Source of the DNA: an uncultured Bacilli bacterium
GTDB taxonomy: Bacteria > Bacillota_I > Bacilli_A > RF39 > UBA660
Assembly: GCA_947585595.1 (NCBI GenBank)
Contig: CANPXB010000005.1
Span: 7,483-71,482, forward strand
DNA: 64,000 bases
Direction of reading: 5' to 3'
The notes beneath the pieces were generated by a model. That model had not been told where the DNA came from. It was given only the letters and a program-made list of their open reading frames with translations, and did no database searches. Shown piece by piece: positions 56,543-64,000 of this stretch. Numbering within the stretch: position 1 is the first letter of the stretch; every line of letters starts with the position of its first letter. A program made the translations under genes and the position numbers.

Positions 56543-57850
56543 ATGTTTGAATACATGGGAGATAGATTATCAAAAGCGATTAAAAATATTCGCGGAATGG
56601 GTAGAATTACTGAAGAAAATATCAGTGAAGCAATGCGCGAAATTAGAATGGCTTTACTTGAAGCAGACGTTAATTATCAAGTAGTTAAAGAATTTGTTAA
56701 TAAAGTTAAAGAAAAAGCATTAGGAATGGAAGTACAAAAAAGTCTTAAACCTGATGAATTATTTATTAAAATAGTTAAAGATGAATTAGTAGAATTATTA
56801 GGTGGAGAAGAAGCTCCTTTAGAAGTTAATGGTCATCCAACAATTGCCATGATGGTTGGTTTACAAGGTAGTGGTAAAACAACTACTTGTGGTAAGTTAG
56901 CTAACTATTTAAGAAAGAAACATGCTAAAAAACCATTATTAGTTGCTTGTGATATTTATCGTCCAGCTGCTATTGATCAATTAGAGACGATTGGTAAACA
57001 ACTTAATATACCAGTTTATACAGAAGGTAAAAAGAATGTTAATGAGATAGTAAGTCATGCTTTAGATTATGCTAAAGAAAATAAAAATGATTATGTTATT
57101 ATTGATACCGCTGGTCGTTTACATATAGATGAAGATTTAATGGATGAATTAGTTGGTGTTATTGATTTATGTCATCCTAATGAGGTATTACTTGTTATTG
57201 ATGCCATGATGGGTCAAGATGCAATTAATGTTATTCAAGGATTTAATGATAAATTAACTTTAACTGGTTGTATTTTAACTAAGTTAGATGGTGATACTAA
57301 AGGTGGTGTAGCTTTATCAGTTAGACATTTAACTAATGTACCAATTAAGTTTGTTGGTGATTCAGAAAAGTTAGATGGTTTATCTGCTTTCTATCCTGAA
57401 CGTATGGCTGAACGTATCTTAGATATGGGTGATGTCTTATCAATAGCTGAAAAGGTTGAAAGTGTTATTTCAGAAGAAGATGCCGAAGCTCAAGCAAAGA
57501 AGATGATGAGTGGTAAATATGACTTAGAAGATTTCTTAGCTAGTTTAAAACAAATCAAGAAATTAGGACCTTTAGAAAATATTATAAAGATGCTTCCTCA
57601 AGCACGTAAAATGGGTCTTAGTAATGTTAGTATAGATCCAAAAGATATGGCACATATTGAAGCAATAATCTTATCTATGACACCTTATGAAAGAAAACAT
57701 CCTGAAGTATTAAAAGCAAGTAGAAAACAAAGAATTAGTAAAGGCTGTGGTCGTGAAGTGGTTGAAATAAATCGACTACTTAATCAATTTGAAGAAATGA
57801 AGAAAATGATGAAAATGTTAAGTAGTGGTAATATGAAATTACCATTTTAA
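56543..57850 (+). CDS. ffh: Signal recognition particle protein Ffh
   Basis: ATG 56543. NG domain (GLQGSGKTTTCGKLA, DTAGRL, TKLDGDTKGG) and a Met-rich M domain. Confidence 0.95.
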   Translation: MFEYMGDRLSKAIKNIRGMGRITEENISEAMREIRMALLEADVNYQVVKEFVNKVKEKALGMEVQKSLKPDELFIKIVKDELVELLGGEEAPLEVNGHPTIAMMVGLQGSGKTTTCGKLANYLRKKHAKKPLLVACDIYRPAAIDQLETIGKQLNIPVYTEGKKNVNEIVSHALDYAKENKNDYVIIDTAGRLHIDEDLMDELVGVIDLCHPNEVLLVIDAMMGQDAINVIQGFNDKLTLTGCILTKLDGDTKGGVALSVRHLTNVPIKFVGDSEKLDGLSAFYPERMAERILDMGDVLSIAEKVESVISEEDAEAQAKKMMSGKYDLEDFLASLKQIKKLGPLENIIKMLPQARKMGLSNVSIDPKDMAHIEAIILSMTPYERKHPEVLKASRKQRISKGCGREVVEINRLLNQFEEMKKMMKMLSSGNMKLPF

Positions 57851-57851
57851 G

Positions 57852-57874
57852 AAGTAGAGAAATCTACTTTTTTA
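57852..57874 (+). terminator. Intrinsic terminator of ffh
   Basis: aagtaga-gaaa-tctactt followed by a T run. Confidence 0.75.
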
Positions 57875-57945
57875 TTTTAAATAAAAAAATAGTGTGTTAT
57901 ACTTTTTATAGAATATGATATTGGGTTTTAAAAAGGGTGATATAA

Positions 57946-59097
57946 ATGACAAAGAAGAAGGTAACTGATAAAGATTTTGAACAAATGGAAAGAATTCCTA
58001 ATAATCGAAATAAGTATATTAAGAGAGGTTTTAATTTCTATCTATCATATACTTTAAGAGTTATTATGATGTTTGGTCTTGTTATCTTAATTGGTTTTTT
58101 AATATATTTCTGTTTTGATAATGGATTTTCTAAAAGTAAAACAATATCTTTAGCTTATGAAGAAAAAGATAGTGTAGATTATGATATTAAATTATTAGAT
58201 AAAGAAGATAATCCTTTTGGGACAGGAGAGTTAACACCTGGAGAATATTATATATCTGATATTATTGATGATATTAGTACTGATTTAAATTATGATTATA
58301 AATTAAAAGATACTGCTGATGTAAAATATTCATATTATGTAGATGTAGCATTAAAATTAATGGATGATAATACACAAAAGGAAATATCTGATGATAATTA
58401 TCCTTTAGTAGAAAAGATTGTTAAAGAAGAAAAACAAGTTAAAGAAATTAATGTATCACAAAATATTAACTTAGATTATGATTATTATAATAAGATAGCT
58501 AAGAGTGTTAAAGATATTAATAATGAAAGTAATTCTAATATATCTGGTTATTTATTACTTAAAATGTTTGTTAATTTAGAGACTAGTTATAAAGATTTTG
58601 ATGAACCTTTAAAGAAAGATGTTGTTGTAGAAGTTAAGATACCTCTATTATCTAATCAAGTAAGTATTGAAAAAGTAAGTAATTATGATAAGACAGATAA
58701 ATATGTTAAACACTTCTCACCTGAACCTGCTGTTGAATCTTTATTATACGTAGGAGTTATTCTATTAATATTAGATACAACATTATTCTTATTATCAGTT
58801 AATTTTGTTATTAAAACATTCCCTAAGAAGAGTGTGTATTGTGTTATAAGAGATGGTATATTAAGAAAATATAATAGAGTAATTGTTAATAGCCGTAAGA
58901 TGCCTGATTTATCAGAATATAATATTATTGATTGTGAATCATTTGGAGAATTATTAGATGCGCAAAGATTACTTGATAAACCAATTGTATATTATGAAAT
59001 AGTTAAGAAACAAAAATGTATATTTGTAATAATTGGGGTTAATGATGCTTATAAATATATTTTAAAAGAAGCAGATGTTGATCAATATATGAGTTAA
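57946..59097 (+). CDS. Two-TM membrane protein, function unknown
   Basis: N-terminal TM (IMMFGLVILIGFLIYFCF). About 200-aa external domain. Second TM (LLYVGVILLILDTTLFLLSVNFVI). About 100-aa cytoplasmic tail. Confidence 0.5.
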   Translation: MTKKKVTDKDFEQMERIPNNRNKYIKRGFNFYLSYTLRVIMMFGLVILIGFLIYFCFDNGFSKSKTISLAYEEKDSVDYDIKLLDKEDNPFGTGELTPGEYYISDIIDDISTDLNYDYKLKDTADVKYSYYVDVALKLMDDNTQKEISDDNYPLVEKIVKEEKQVKEINVSQNINLDYDYYNKIAKSVKDINNESNSNISGYLLLKMFVNLETSYKDFDEPLKKDVVVEVKIPLLSNQVSIEKVSNYDKTDKYVKHFSPEPAVESLLYVGVILLILDTTLFLLSVNFVIKTFPKKSVYCVIRDGILRKYNRVIVNSRKMPDLSEYNIIDCESFGELLDAQRLLDKPIVYYEIVKKQKCIFVIIGVNDAYKYILKEADVDQYMS

Positions 59098-59153
59098 ATA
59101 TCACAAACATAAAAACAATTTTGACATATGATAAAGTAGAAAGGATTGTTTTT

Positions 59154-59426
59154 ATGTTTTTAAATAGATGTTATGAAAATGAAAATATGGTTAATGATAT
59201 GGGAATGAGTATGAATTCTTGTGGAGGATGTACTTGTCCACCAGTAATGGAATGCCCACAAGAAAGAGTTTGTCATCGTCAAATGAATTATGAAGTTCCT
59301 CATATTATTCCAGTTAATACAAGAATAATAAATCATCATGTATATAGACATACTTATCAACCAGTATTTACTAGTACTTCAGAAGATGAAGTAAGTAATG
59401 TATATGATAATAAATGTGGTTTTTAA
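59154..59426 (+). CDS. CotD-like (inner spore coat protein D family) small His/Cys-rich protein
   Basis: ATG 59154 after AAAGGA. CGGCTCPPVMECPQERVCHRQMNYEVPHIIPVNTRIINHHVYRHTYQPVF resembles the CotD pattern as I recall it. The genome encodes sporulation genes. Confidence 0.5.
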   Translation: MFLNRCYENENMVNDMGMSMNSCGGCTCPPVMECPQERVCHRQMNYEVPHIIPVNTRIINHHVYRHTYQPVFTSTSEDEVSNVYDNKCGF

Positions 59427-59448
59427 AAGGCTTTAAAGCCTTTTTTTT
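59426..59448 (+). terminator. Intrinsic terminator
   Basis: aaaggct-ttaa-agccttt followed by a T run. Confidence 0.75.
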
Positions 59449-59486
59449 GATGTGTTAATATGTTATAATTATTAAAGGTGAAGTAT

Positions 59487-59858
59487 ATGAAAGAGAAAAA
59501 TGGTTATACAACATTACAAATGTTAATAGTTATTGGTATATTGGGTATATTTACTTTAGTTTTAATTGGAACTACTTCATATGCTTATAAAGATAAAAGT
59601 GATGAATATTATGAAGAAAAGATTCATTTAATAGTTAAACAAGCTGAGTTATTTGGTGAAAGCTCAGAGACTTTGAAAAAAGAAGGAAATCTAAATATTA
59701 CAGTTAACGATTTAGTAAATGCTGGTTATTTTGTAGCTGATGATAATGATGGTAATGTTATAGATCCAAGAAATAGTAAAGCTAATCTTAATGGACTTAG
59801 AATTGTTTTAAATTATAAAGATGATAAAGTAGAAGCTGAAGTTGTTAGAGAAGACTAA
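59487..59858 (+). CDS. Prepilin-type N-terminal domain protein (pseudopilin-like), orphan
   Basis: ATG 59487 after AAAGGTGA. MKEKNG/YTTLQMLIVIGILGIFTLVLIG resembles a class III signal peptide (G then aromatic, hydrophobic helix), but has Q instead of E at +5. Confidence 0.55.
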   Translation: MKEKNGYTTLQMLIVIGILGIFTLVLIGTTSYAYKDKSDEYYEEKIHLIVKQAELFGESSETLKKEGNLNITVNDLVNAGYFVADDNDGNVIDPRNSKANLNGLRIVLNYKDDKVEAEVVRED

Positions 59859-59961
59859 GGCTTCTTTTTATTGTCAAAATATTTTTGTAAAATACTTGTC
59901 AAAATTTATGCTAAATACTATATAAAAAAAATAAAATTAGTTATTATATTATTGTAAGGGC

Positions 59962-60168
59962 GTGATGAATGTGATATATCCTTCAATAGATAAATTGCTT
60001 AATATAGTTGATTCTAAATATAAATTAGTACATATTGCAGCAAGAAGAAGTAAACAAATGTTAGAAAATAAGCATTTTCAAATGAAACAAAGTGAATATG
60101 TCAATAAAAAAGAATTAGGAAGAGCATTAGAAGAGGTCGAAAAAGGATTAATTACTATTAAAGAGTAA
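59962..60168 (+). CDS. rpoZ: DNA-directed RNA polymerase omega subunit
   Basis: YPSIDKLLNIVDSKYKLVHIAARRSKQM matches the RpoZ core. The start is either GTG 59962 or ATG 59965. Confidence 0.85.
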   Translation: MMNVIYPSIDKLLNIVDSKYKLVHIAARRSKQMLENKHFQMKQSEYVNKKELGRALEEVEKGLITIKE

Positions 60169-60185
60169 TTAATTTTTTTATGCAA

Positions 60186-60210
60186 TAAAAAAAAACCACA
60201 ATGTGGTTAA
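60186..60210 (-). terminator. Terminator of rpmB (hairpin shared with the rpoZ 3' end)
   Basis: aaccaca / tgtggtt stem. On the minus strand a T10 run follows. Confidence 0.65.
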
Positions 60211-60387
60211 TTATGAATTTCTTTCTTCTTTTTTCATTGTTCTAGCTTCACGTGCAGTTAAAACAACTTTTTCACCATTAATAGTTACTTTTTGGAAGTT
60301 TGGTTTTTGAGCATGTTTTGTTGCATTTAAAGCATGACTTCTTCTATTACCAGTTAAAGGTTTCTTTGTACTAACTTTTTTTGCCAT
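60211..60387 (-). CDS. rpmB: 50S ribosomal protein L28
   Basis: ATG at 60387 (AAGGAGG 8 nt upstream). The tracked ORF start at 60411 is an upstream extension. MAKKVSTKKPLTGNRRSHALNATK. Confidence 0.92.
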   Translation of the reverse strand: MAKKVSTKKPLTGNRRSHALNATKHAQKPNFQKVTINGEKVVLTAREARTMKKEERNS

Positions 60388-60492
60388 AATTAACGCCTCC
60401 TTAAAAATCATTTCATTAAAGACTTTATCATAATATTAGGATAAAGTCAAATGAATTAGAAGGTTATAATTTAAATAAAGAATAAAATAAGT

Positions 60493-60521
60493 TTGTATAT
60501 AAATATCATTTATGATATAAT
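60493..60521 (+). promoter_or_regulatory. Candidate extended -10 promoter of small-transcript unit 1
   Basis: TTGTAT (60493-60498), 17-nt spacer, TGaTATAAT (60513-60521). Confidence 0.45.
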
Positions 60522-60545
60522 GTATTCAGATGAAGGAAACTTCAT

Positions 60546-60617
60546 ATGAAAAATGGACATTCAATTTTTGCATATTGGGTGTTGCCTTTAGTTTTTGGGT
60601 CGCCTAATATTTATTAG
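60546..60617 (+). CDS. Candidate 23-aa hydrophobic peptide (MKNGHSIFAYWVLPLVFGSPNIY)
   Basis: The ATG is preceded by GAAGGAAAC, which lies inside a 6-bp GAAA-tetraloop hairpin (60530-60545). The stop sits inside a terminator-like hairpin (cgcctaat / attaggtg, 60601-60620) followed by TTTT. Too short for statistical support. Confidence 0.3.
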   Translation: MKNGHSIFAYWVLPLVFGSPNIY

Positions 60618-60698
60618 GTGATTTTCTGTTGATCTAAACAGAGTAAAACTAAGTGAATGATAAAACTAATTAATGTATCATATTTAAAACAAAAAGTA

Positions 60699-60727
60699 TT
60701 GATTATTAAAATATTATGTGGTATACT
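60699..60727 (+). promoter_or_regulatory. Candidate extended -10 promoter of small-transcript unit 2
   Basis: TTGATT (60699-60704), 17-nt spacer, TGgTATACT (60719-60727). Confidence 0.45.
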
Positions 60728-60734
60728 TTATTTA

Positions 60735-60847
60735 GTTGAAGGAAACTTCACAAAATAAAAAAGGATACATTTGATTGCAAGAATCAGATGTTATCCCTTT
60801 TGGATTGCATCTGAAATCAACTTATGTTGAAATCAGATGTTTTTACT
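60735..60847 (+). ncRNA. Candidate ~110-nt sRNA, antisense to the 3' UTR of the minus-strand peptide gene (putative type I antitoxin)
   Basis: Its own promoter. 5' hairpin tgaag-GAAA-cttca. Internal 9-bp hairpin catttgatt-gcaag-aatcagatg. Terminator catctga..caac-ttat-gttg..tcagatg followed by TTTTT (ends about 60845). No convincing ORF. The ends are approximate. Confidence 0.35.
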
Positions 60848-60923
60848 ATTTAAATAATAATATTATTACTATAGAAAATAATAGCAGTATTATAATAAAT
60901 AGAGTATTTTCTCTTTTAGTCAT
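60846..60923 (-). CDS. Candidate 25-aa hydrophobic peptide MTKRENTLFIIILLLFSIVIILLFK (type I toxin-like)
   Basis: Strong RBS GAAAGGTGGTGG 5 nt upstream of the ATG (60923). Polar N-terminus, a single TM-length hydrophobic core and a C-terminal Lys. A minus-strand terminator (hairpin 60763-60796 followed by a T run) lies downstream, inside the plus-strand sRNA candidate. Confidence 0.4.
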   Translation of the reverse strand: MTKRENTLFIIILLLFSIVIILLFK

Positions 60924-61002
60924 AATAACCACCACCTTTCTTTTATCGTTTGATAATTGAAAGGGAAAACACCTGATATATTTCAAATGTATCCGATATA
61001 TT

Positions 61003-61031
61003 ATTATAAAATTGAACAGTTCTTGATACAA
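61003..61031 (-). promoter_or_regulatory. Candidate sigma-A promoter for the minus-strand peptide gene
   Basis: On the minus strand: TTGTAT (61031-61026), 17-nt spacer, TATAAT (61008-61003). Confidence 0.45.
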
Positions 61032-61313
61032 GAAATTTTTTGATGGTAATTTTTTACTGTTTTTCCCTTTTTGAAAATAATTTTATTGGTAAAATAAAAT
61101 AATGTCTAAAGGAAAATATGAATATGAGATTACTTTTAATCTTAAAAATAGTTTTTAAGAGTTATAGATTATATTAAAATAATTATAATAAGGAGTATTT
61201 GTAATAAACTAAGTTATAAACAGATACTCTTTTATTTTTAAAAAGTATACGAATATTCGTTTTATTTAGATAAGAAATTTGGTATAATTATTAACAAGAA
61301 GGGTGGTAATATT

Positions 61314-64000
61314 ATGTTTATTCCTTTAGGTATAAAAAGTGATTATTCATTACTTAAAAGTTTAATTAAAATACCTGATTTAATTAAGTATTTAAATAAA
61401 CATAATATTACAACTTGTGGATTACTTGATGAAAATTTATTTGGCAGTATTTGTTTTTATAATGAATGTATTAATAATAATATTAAACCAATTATAGGTT
61501 TAAGTATTAAGATAGGAAATAATACATTATATTTATATGCTAAAAATTATCTTGGTTATCAGAGTTTACTTAAAATAAATACAATTATTCAAGAAAGAGA
61601 TATTAATTATGTTGATTTAAAAAGTTATGTTAAAGATATAATATGTGTTATTCCTTATAAAAGTATTGAAATATATGATGAAGTTAAGAAAATATATAAT
61701 GAATTATATATAGGATATAGTAATGATTATGAGAAAAGTAATGCTTTAATCCTTAGTGAAAAAATTTTATATGTTAATGAAATATGTGCTTTTAGTTCAC
61801 AAGATATTAAATATTTAGGAATAATAAGAGAAATTGATACTGGTGAAAAAGAAGATATAACTAAATATGATGAAGCTTATTTAGATAAAGAAGTAAATGA
61901 TGAAGATGCTAAAAGGACTGAAGAATTTAGCAATTTAATTGATTTAGTTATATCTAAAGATGGAAAGTATATACCACATTATGATTTAACAATAAAAGAT
62001 TCTTATGCTTATCTTTGTTCTTTATGTAAGAAGGGTTTAGAAAAGAGATTAAAAGGGAATATTACTAAAGAATATAGTGATCGTTTATTAATGGAATTAA
62101 ATGTTATTAATAAGATGGGGTTTGTTGATTATTTTTTAATAGTTTATGATTATGTTAAATATGCAAAGAAAAATAATATTTTAGTTGGGCCTGGTAGAGG
62201 TTCTGCTGCTGGTTCTTTAGTTAGTTATGCAATTGGAATTACCAATGTTGATCCTTTAAAATATGATTTATTATTTGAAAGATTTTTAAATCCTGAACGT
62301 ATTACAATGCCTGATATAGATATAGATTTTGAATATACGAAAAGAGATCAAGTTATTAATTATGTTAAAGATAGATATGGTCATGATAAAGTAGCTAATA
62401 TTATGACATTTGGAACACTTGGAGCACGTCAAGTAATAAGAGATGTAGGAAAGTGTTTAGATACACCAACTAGTTTAATTGATCGTTTAAGTAATTTATT
62501 AGATCCAAAAGCTAGTTTAAAAGATAATTTAAATAATAAATATGTTAATGAATTTGTTAATAGTAATAGTGAAATAAAAAAAGTTTATCAAATTAGTTTT
62601 AAATTAGAAGGATTAAAAAGACATATTAGTACTCATGCAGCGGGAGTAGTTATTTCTTCTGTAAGTTTAGATGATGTAATACCAGTCTGTCTTAATGGAG
62701 GAGATTTACTGACTGGAGTAACAATGGAATACCTAGAAGATTTAGGTCTTTTAAAGATGGACTTTTTAGCTTTAAGAAATTTAACAATTATTCAAAATGT
62801 ATTGGAATTAATTAAAAATGAAACTGGTAAAGATATTAATTTAGCGGAAATTCCTTTAGATGATAAAGAGACAATTAAGATTTTTAATAGTGTTGATACG
62901 GAAGGAATATTTCAATTTGAAAGTTCAGGAATGAAGAATTTCTTAGCTAAGTTAAAGGTTAGTTCTTTTGATGATTTAGTAGCTGCTTTAGCTTTATTTA
63001 GACCAGGACCTATGCATAATATCGATAGTTATATTAAAAGAAAAATGGGCAGAGAAAAGATTGTTTATCCTGATGATTCTTTAAAAGATATATTAGCACC
63101 AACTTATGGAATTATGATTTATCAAGAACAAATTATGCAAGTACTTGTTAAGATGGGAAATTATACTTTTGCGGAAGCAGATAATATAAGAAGAGCAATG
63201 AGTAAGAAAAAGCATAGTGTTATGGAACATGAAAGAGGAATCTTTGTTGAACGTTCTGTTAAAAATGGTTATACCAAAGAAAAAGCTAATGAGATATATG
63301 ATTTAATTATTAAGTTTGCTGATTATGGATTTAATAAGGCGCATTCAGTAGCTTATGCCATAATAGGATATCAAATGGCTTATTTAAAAGCTAATTATCC
63401 GGTTTTCTTTATTGCTAATTTACTTAATATGAGTATTGGTAGTGATATTAAAACAAAAGAATATATTGATGAAGCTAAGAAAAAAAATGTATTGGTATTT
63501 AAACCAAATATTAATGTTAGTATGGATTATTATGTAATAAAAGATAATGCTTTATTACTTCCTTTGAATGCAATTCATAATGTTGGGGGTTCAGCTGTAA
63601 GCGAAATAATTAAAGAAAGAGAAACAAATGGAAGATTTACTGATTTCTTTGATTTTGTGGCTCGTACTTATGGTAAGAGTGTTAATCGTAAGACTTTGGA
63701 AGCTTTAATAGATGCTGATAGTTTTAGAGATTTTAAAATAAATCATAAAACATTAGATGAAAGTATTGATAGTGCCTTAGATTATGCTAGTTTATGCGGT
63801 GATTTAGATGAATCTTTAGTTATGAAACCTAATTATGAATATATTGAAGAATATAGTGAAAATGAATTAATGGCAAGTGAATTAAATACTTTTGGGTTTT
63901 ATGTAACTAATCATCCAGCTAGTAAATATCAAGATGGAATTATGAAAATTAAAGATATGCGTGCATTTTTTGATAAATTTGTTAATTTAGTTGTTATAAT
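61314..64000 (+). CDS. dnaE: DNA polymerase III alpha subunit DnaE, 5' part (continues past the window end)
   Basis: The frame is open from ATG 61314 (GGGTGG RBS, TGgTATAAT promoter-like element at 61279-61287) to base 64000. It is absent from the ORF track because no stop is reached. Motifs GPGRGSAAGSLVSYAIGITNVDPLKYDLLFERFLNPERITMPDIDIDF, HAAGVVIS and FNKAHSVAYA. Confidence 0.9.
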   Translation, partial: MFIPLGIKSDYSLLKSLIKIPDLIKYLNKHNITTCGLLDENLFGSICFYNECINNNIKPIIGLSIKIGNNTLYLYAKNYLGYQSLLKINTIIQERDINYVDLKSYVKDIICVIPYKSIEIYDEVKKIYNELYIGYSNDYEKSNALILSEKILYVNEICAFSSQDIKYLGIIREIDTGEKEDITKYDEAYLDKEVNDEDAKRTEEFSNLIDLVISKDGKYIPHYDLTIKDSYAYLCSLCKKGLEKRLKGNITKEYSDRLLMELNVINKMGFVDYFLIVYDYVKYAKKNNILVGPGRGSAAGSLVSYAIGITNVDPLKYDLLFERFLNPERITMPDIDIDFEYTKRDQVINYVKDRYGHDKVANIMTFGTLGARQVIRDVGKCLDTPTSLIDRLSNLLDPKASLKDNLNNKYVNEFVNSNSEIKKVYQISFKLEGLKRHISTHAAGVVISSVSLDDVIPVCLNGGDLLTGVTMEYLEDLGLLKMDFLALRNLTIIQNVLELIKNETGKDINLAEIPLDDKETIKIFNSVDTEGIFQFESSGMKNFLAKLKVSSFDDLVAALALFRPGPMHNIDSYIKRKMGREKIVYPDDSLKDILAPTYGIMIYQEQIMQVLVKMGNYTFAEADNIRRAMSKKKHSVMEHERGIFVERSVKNGYTKEKANEIYDLIIKFADYGFNKAHSVAYAIIGYQMAYLKANYPVFFIANLLNMSIGSDIKTKEYIDEAKKKNVLVFKPNINVSMDYYVIKDNALLLPLNAIHNVGGSAVSEIIKERETNGRFTDFFDFVARTYGKSVNRKTLEALIDADSFRDFKINHKTLDESIDSALDYASLCGDLDESLVMKPNYEYIEEYSENELMASELNTFGFYVTNHPASKYQDGIMKIKDMRAFFDKFVNLVVI

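Noticed and set aside
23334-59360. Assorted 60-100-aa ORFs nested in or antisense to housekeeping genes: 23334..23564, 24134..24337, 29497..29805, 33169..33369, 37497..37691, 41496..41730, 42779..43012, 44732..45004, 45927..46124, 48114..48404, 52795..52998, 54309..54534, 55668..55853 and 59160..59360.
   Set aside because: All overlap confidently identified genes, lack RBSs and show compositional-bias translations.
59871-59905. TTGTCAAAAT occurs twice, 25 bp apart, with a TTTGTAAAAT between the copies, upstream of rpoZ. It was considered as Spo0A-box-like sites (TGTCGAA).
   Set aside because: There is a mismatch at the critical CG. AT-rich sequence makes chance repeats likely. The second copy is more simply the -35 of a TTGTCA-17-TATATA promoter.
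60775-61031. The 61-aa ORFs 60775..60960 (+) and 60846..61031 (-).
   Set aside because: The long forms run through promoters and terminator hairpins and have no RBS at their starts. Only the 25-aa 3' portion of the minus-strand ORF has a strong RBS and ATG, and it is reported separately.
61102-61240. Tiny overlapping ORFs (18 aa from ATG 61102; 19 aa MNMRLLLILKIVFKSYRLY from ATG 61118), followed by a 10-bp-stem hairpin (gagtatttgt / acagatactc) and a T run.
   Set aside because: There are two competing frames, weak or misplaced RBSs and no clear promoter. They are noted only as part of the long rpmB-dnaE spacer.
1-64000. I scanned the whole window for CRISPR arrays, tRNA or rRNA genes, transposases, integrases and prophage modules.
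   Set aside because: None were found. All tandem repeats are in-frame coding repeats, and the only structured RNA genes or leaders recognised are rnpB, the thrS T-box and the infC leader.

Overview
The window is visibly AT-rich (roughly 30% GC by eye, not computed). Gene content points to a low-GC, spore-forming Firmicute chromosome, probably Erysipelotrichia- or Clostridia-like; that placement is inference. Most of it is housekeeping backbone: thrS with a T-box leader, infC-rpmI-rplT, ftsA-ftsZ, spoIIGA-sigE, rlmN-stp-prkC-rsgA-rpe, cca-dnaD-nth, ponA-recU, gpsB-rnpB, pgsA-recA, rny, rnj, ftsY-ylxM-tmk-ffh, rpoZ, rpmB and the 5' part of dnaE.

The main accessory feature is a ~17 kb single-strand type VII secretion (T7SSb-like) locus at 4.3-21.3 kb, between thrS and infC. 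It contains:
- an EssC triple ATPase and a YukD-like gene;
- at least three proteins with a canonical WXG motif, plus about seven further small helical proteins;
- three large candidate substrates of 454, 837 and 911 aa with no recognisable toxin domain;
- three DUF4176-like genes.

No EssA, EssB or EsaA-like membrane component is visible.

Other points worth a second look:
- a membrane-anchored serpin;
- an L20 protein with a Rho_N/HeH-like tail;
- a 898-aa ORFan wedged between recA and rny;
- a G8 tract inside a promoter spacer;
- a 925-bp non-coding region between rpmB and dnaE that looks like a type I toxin-antitoxin-like small-peptide/antisense-RNA cluster.

I saw no rRNA, tRNA, CRISPR array, transposase or integrase. 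All calls come from reading the sequence and the ORF translations. No database search or folding computation was run.
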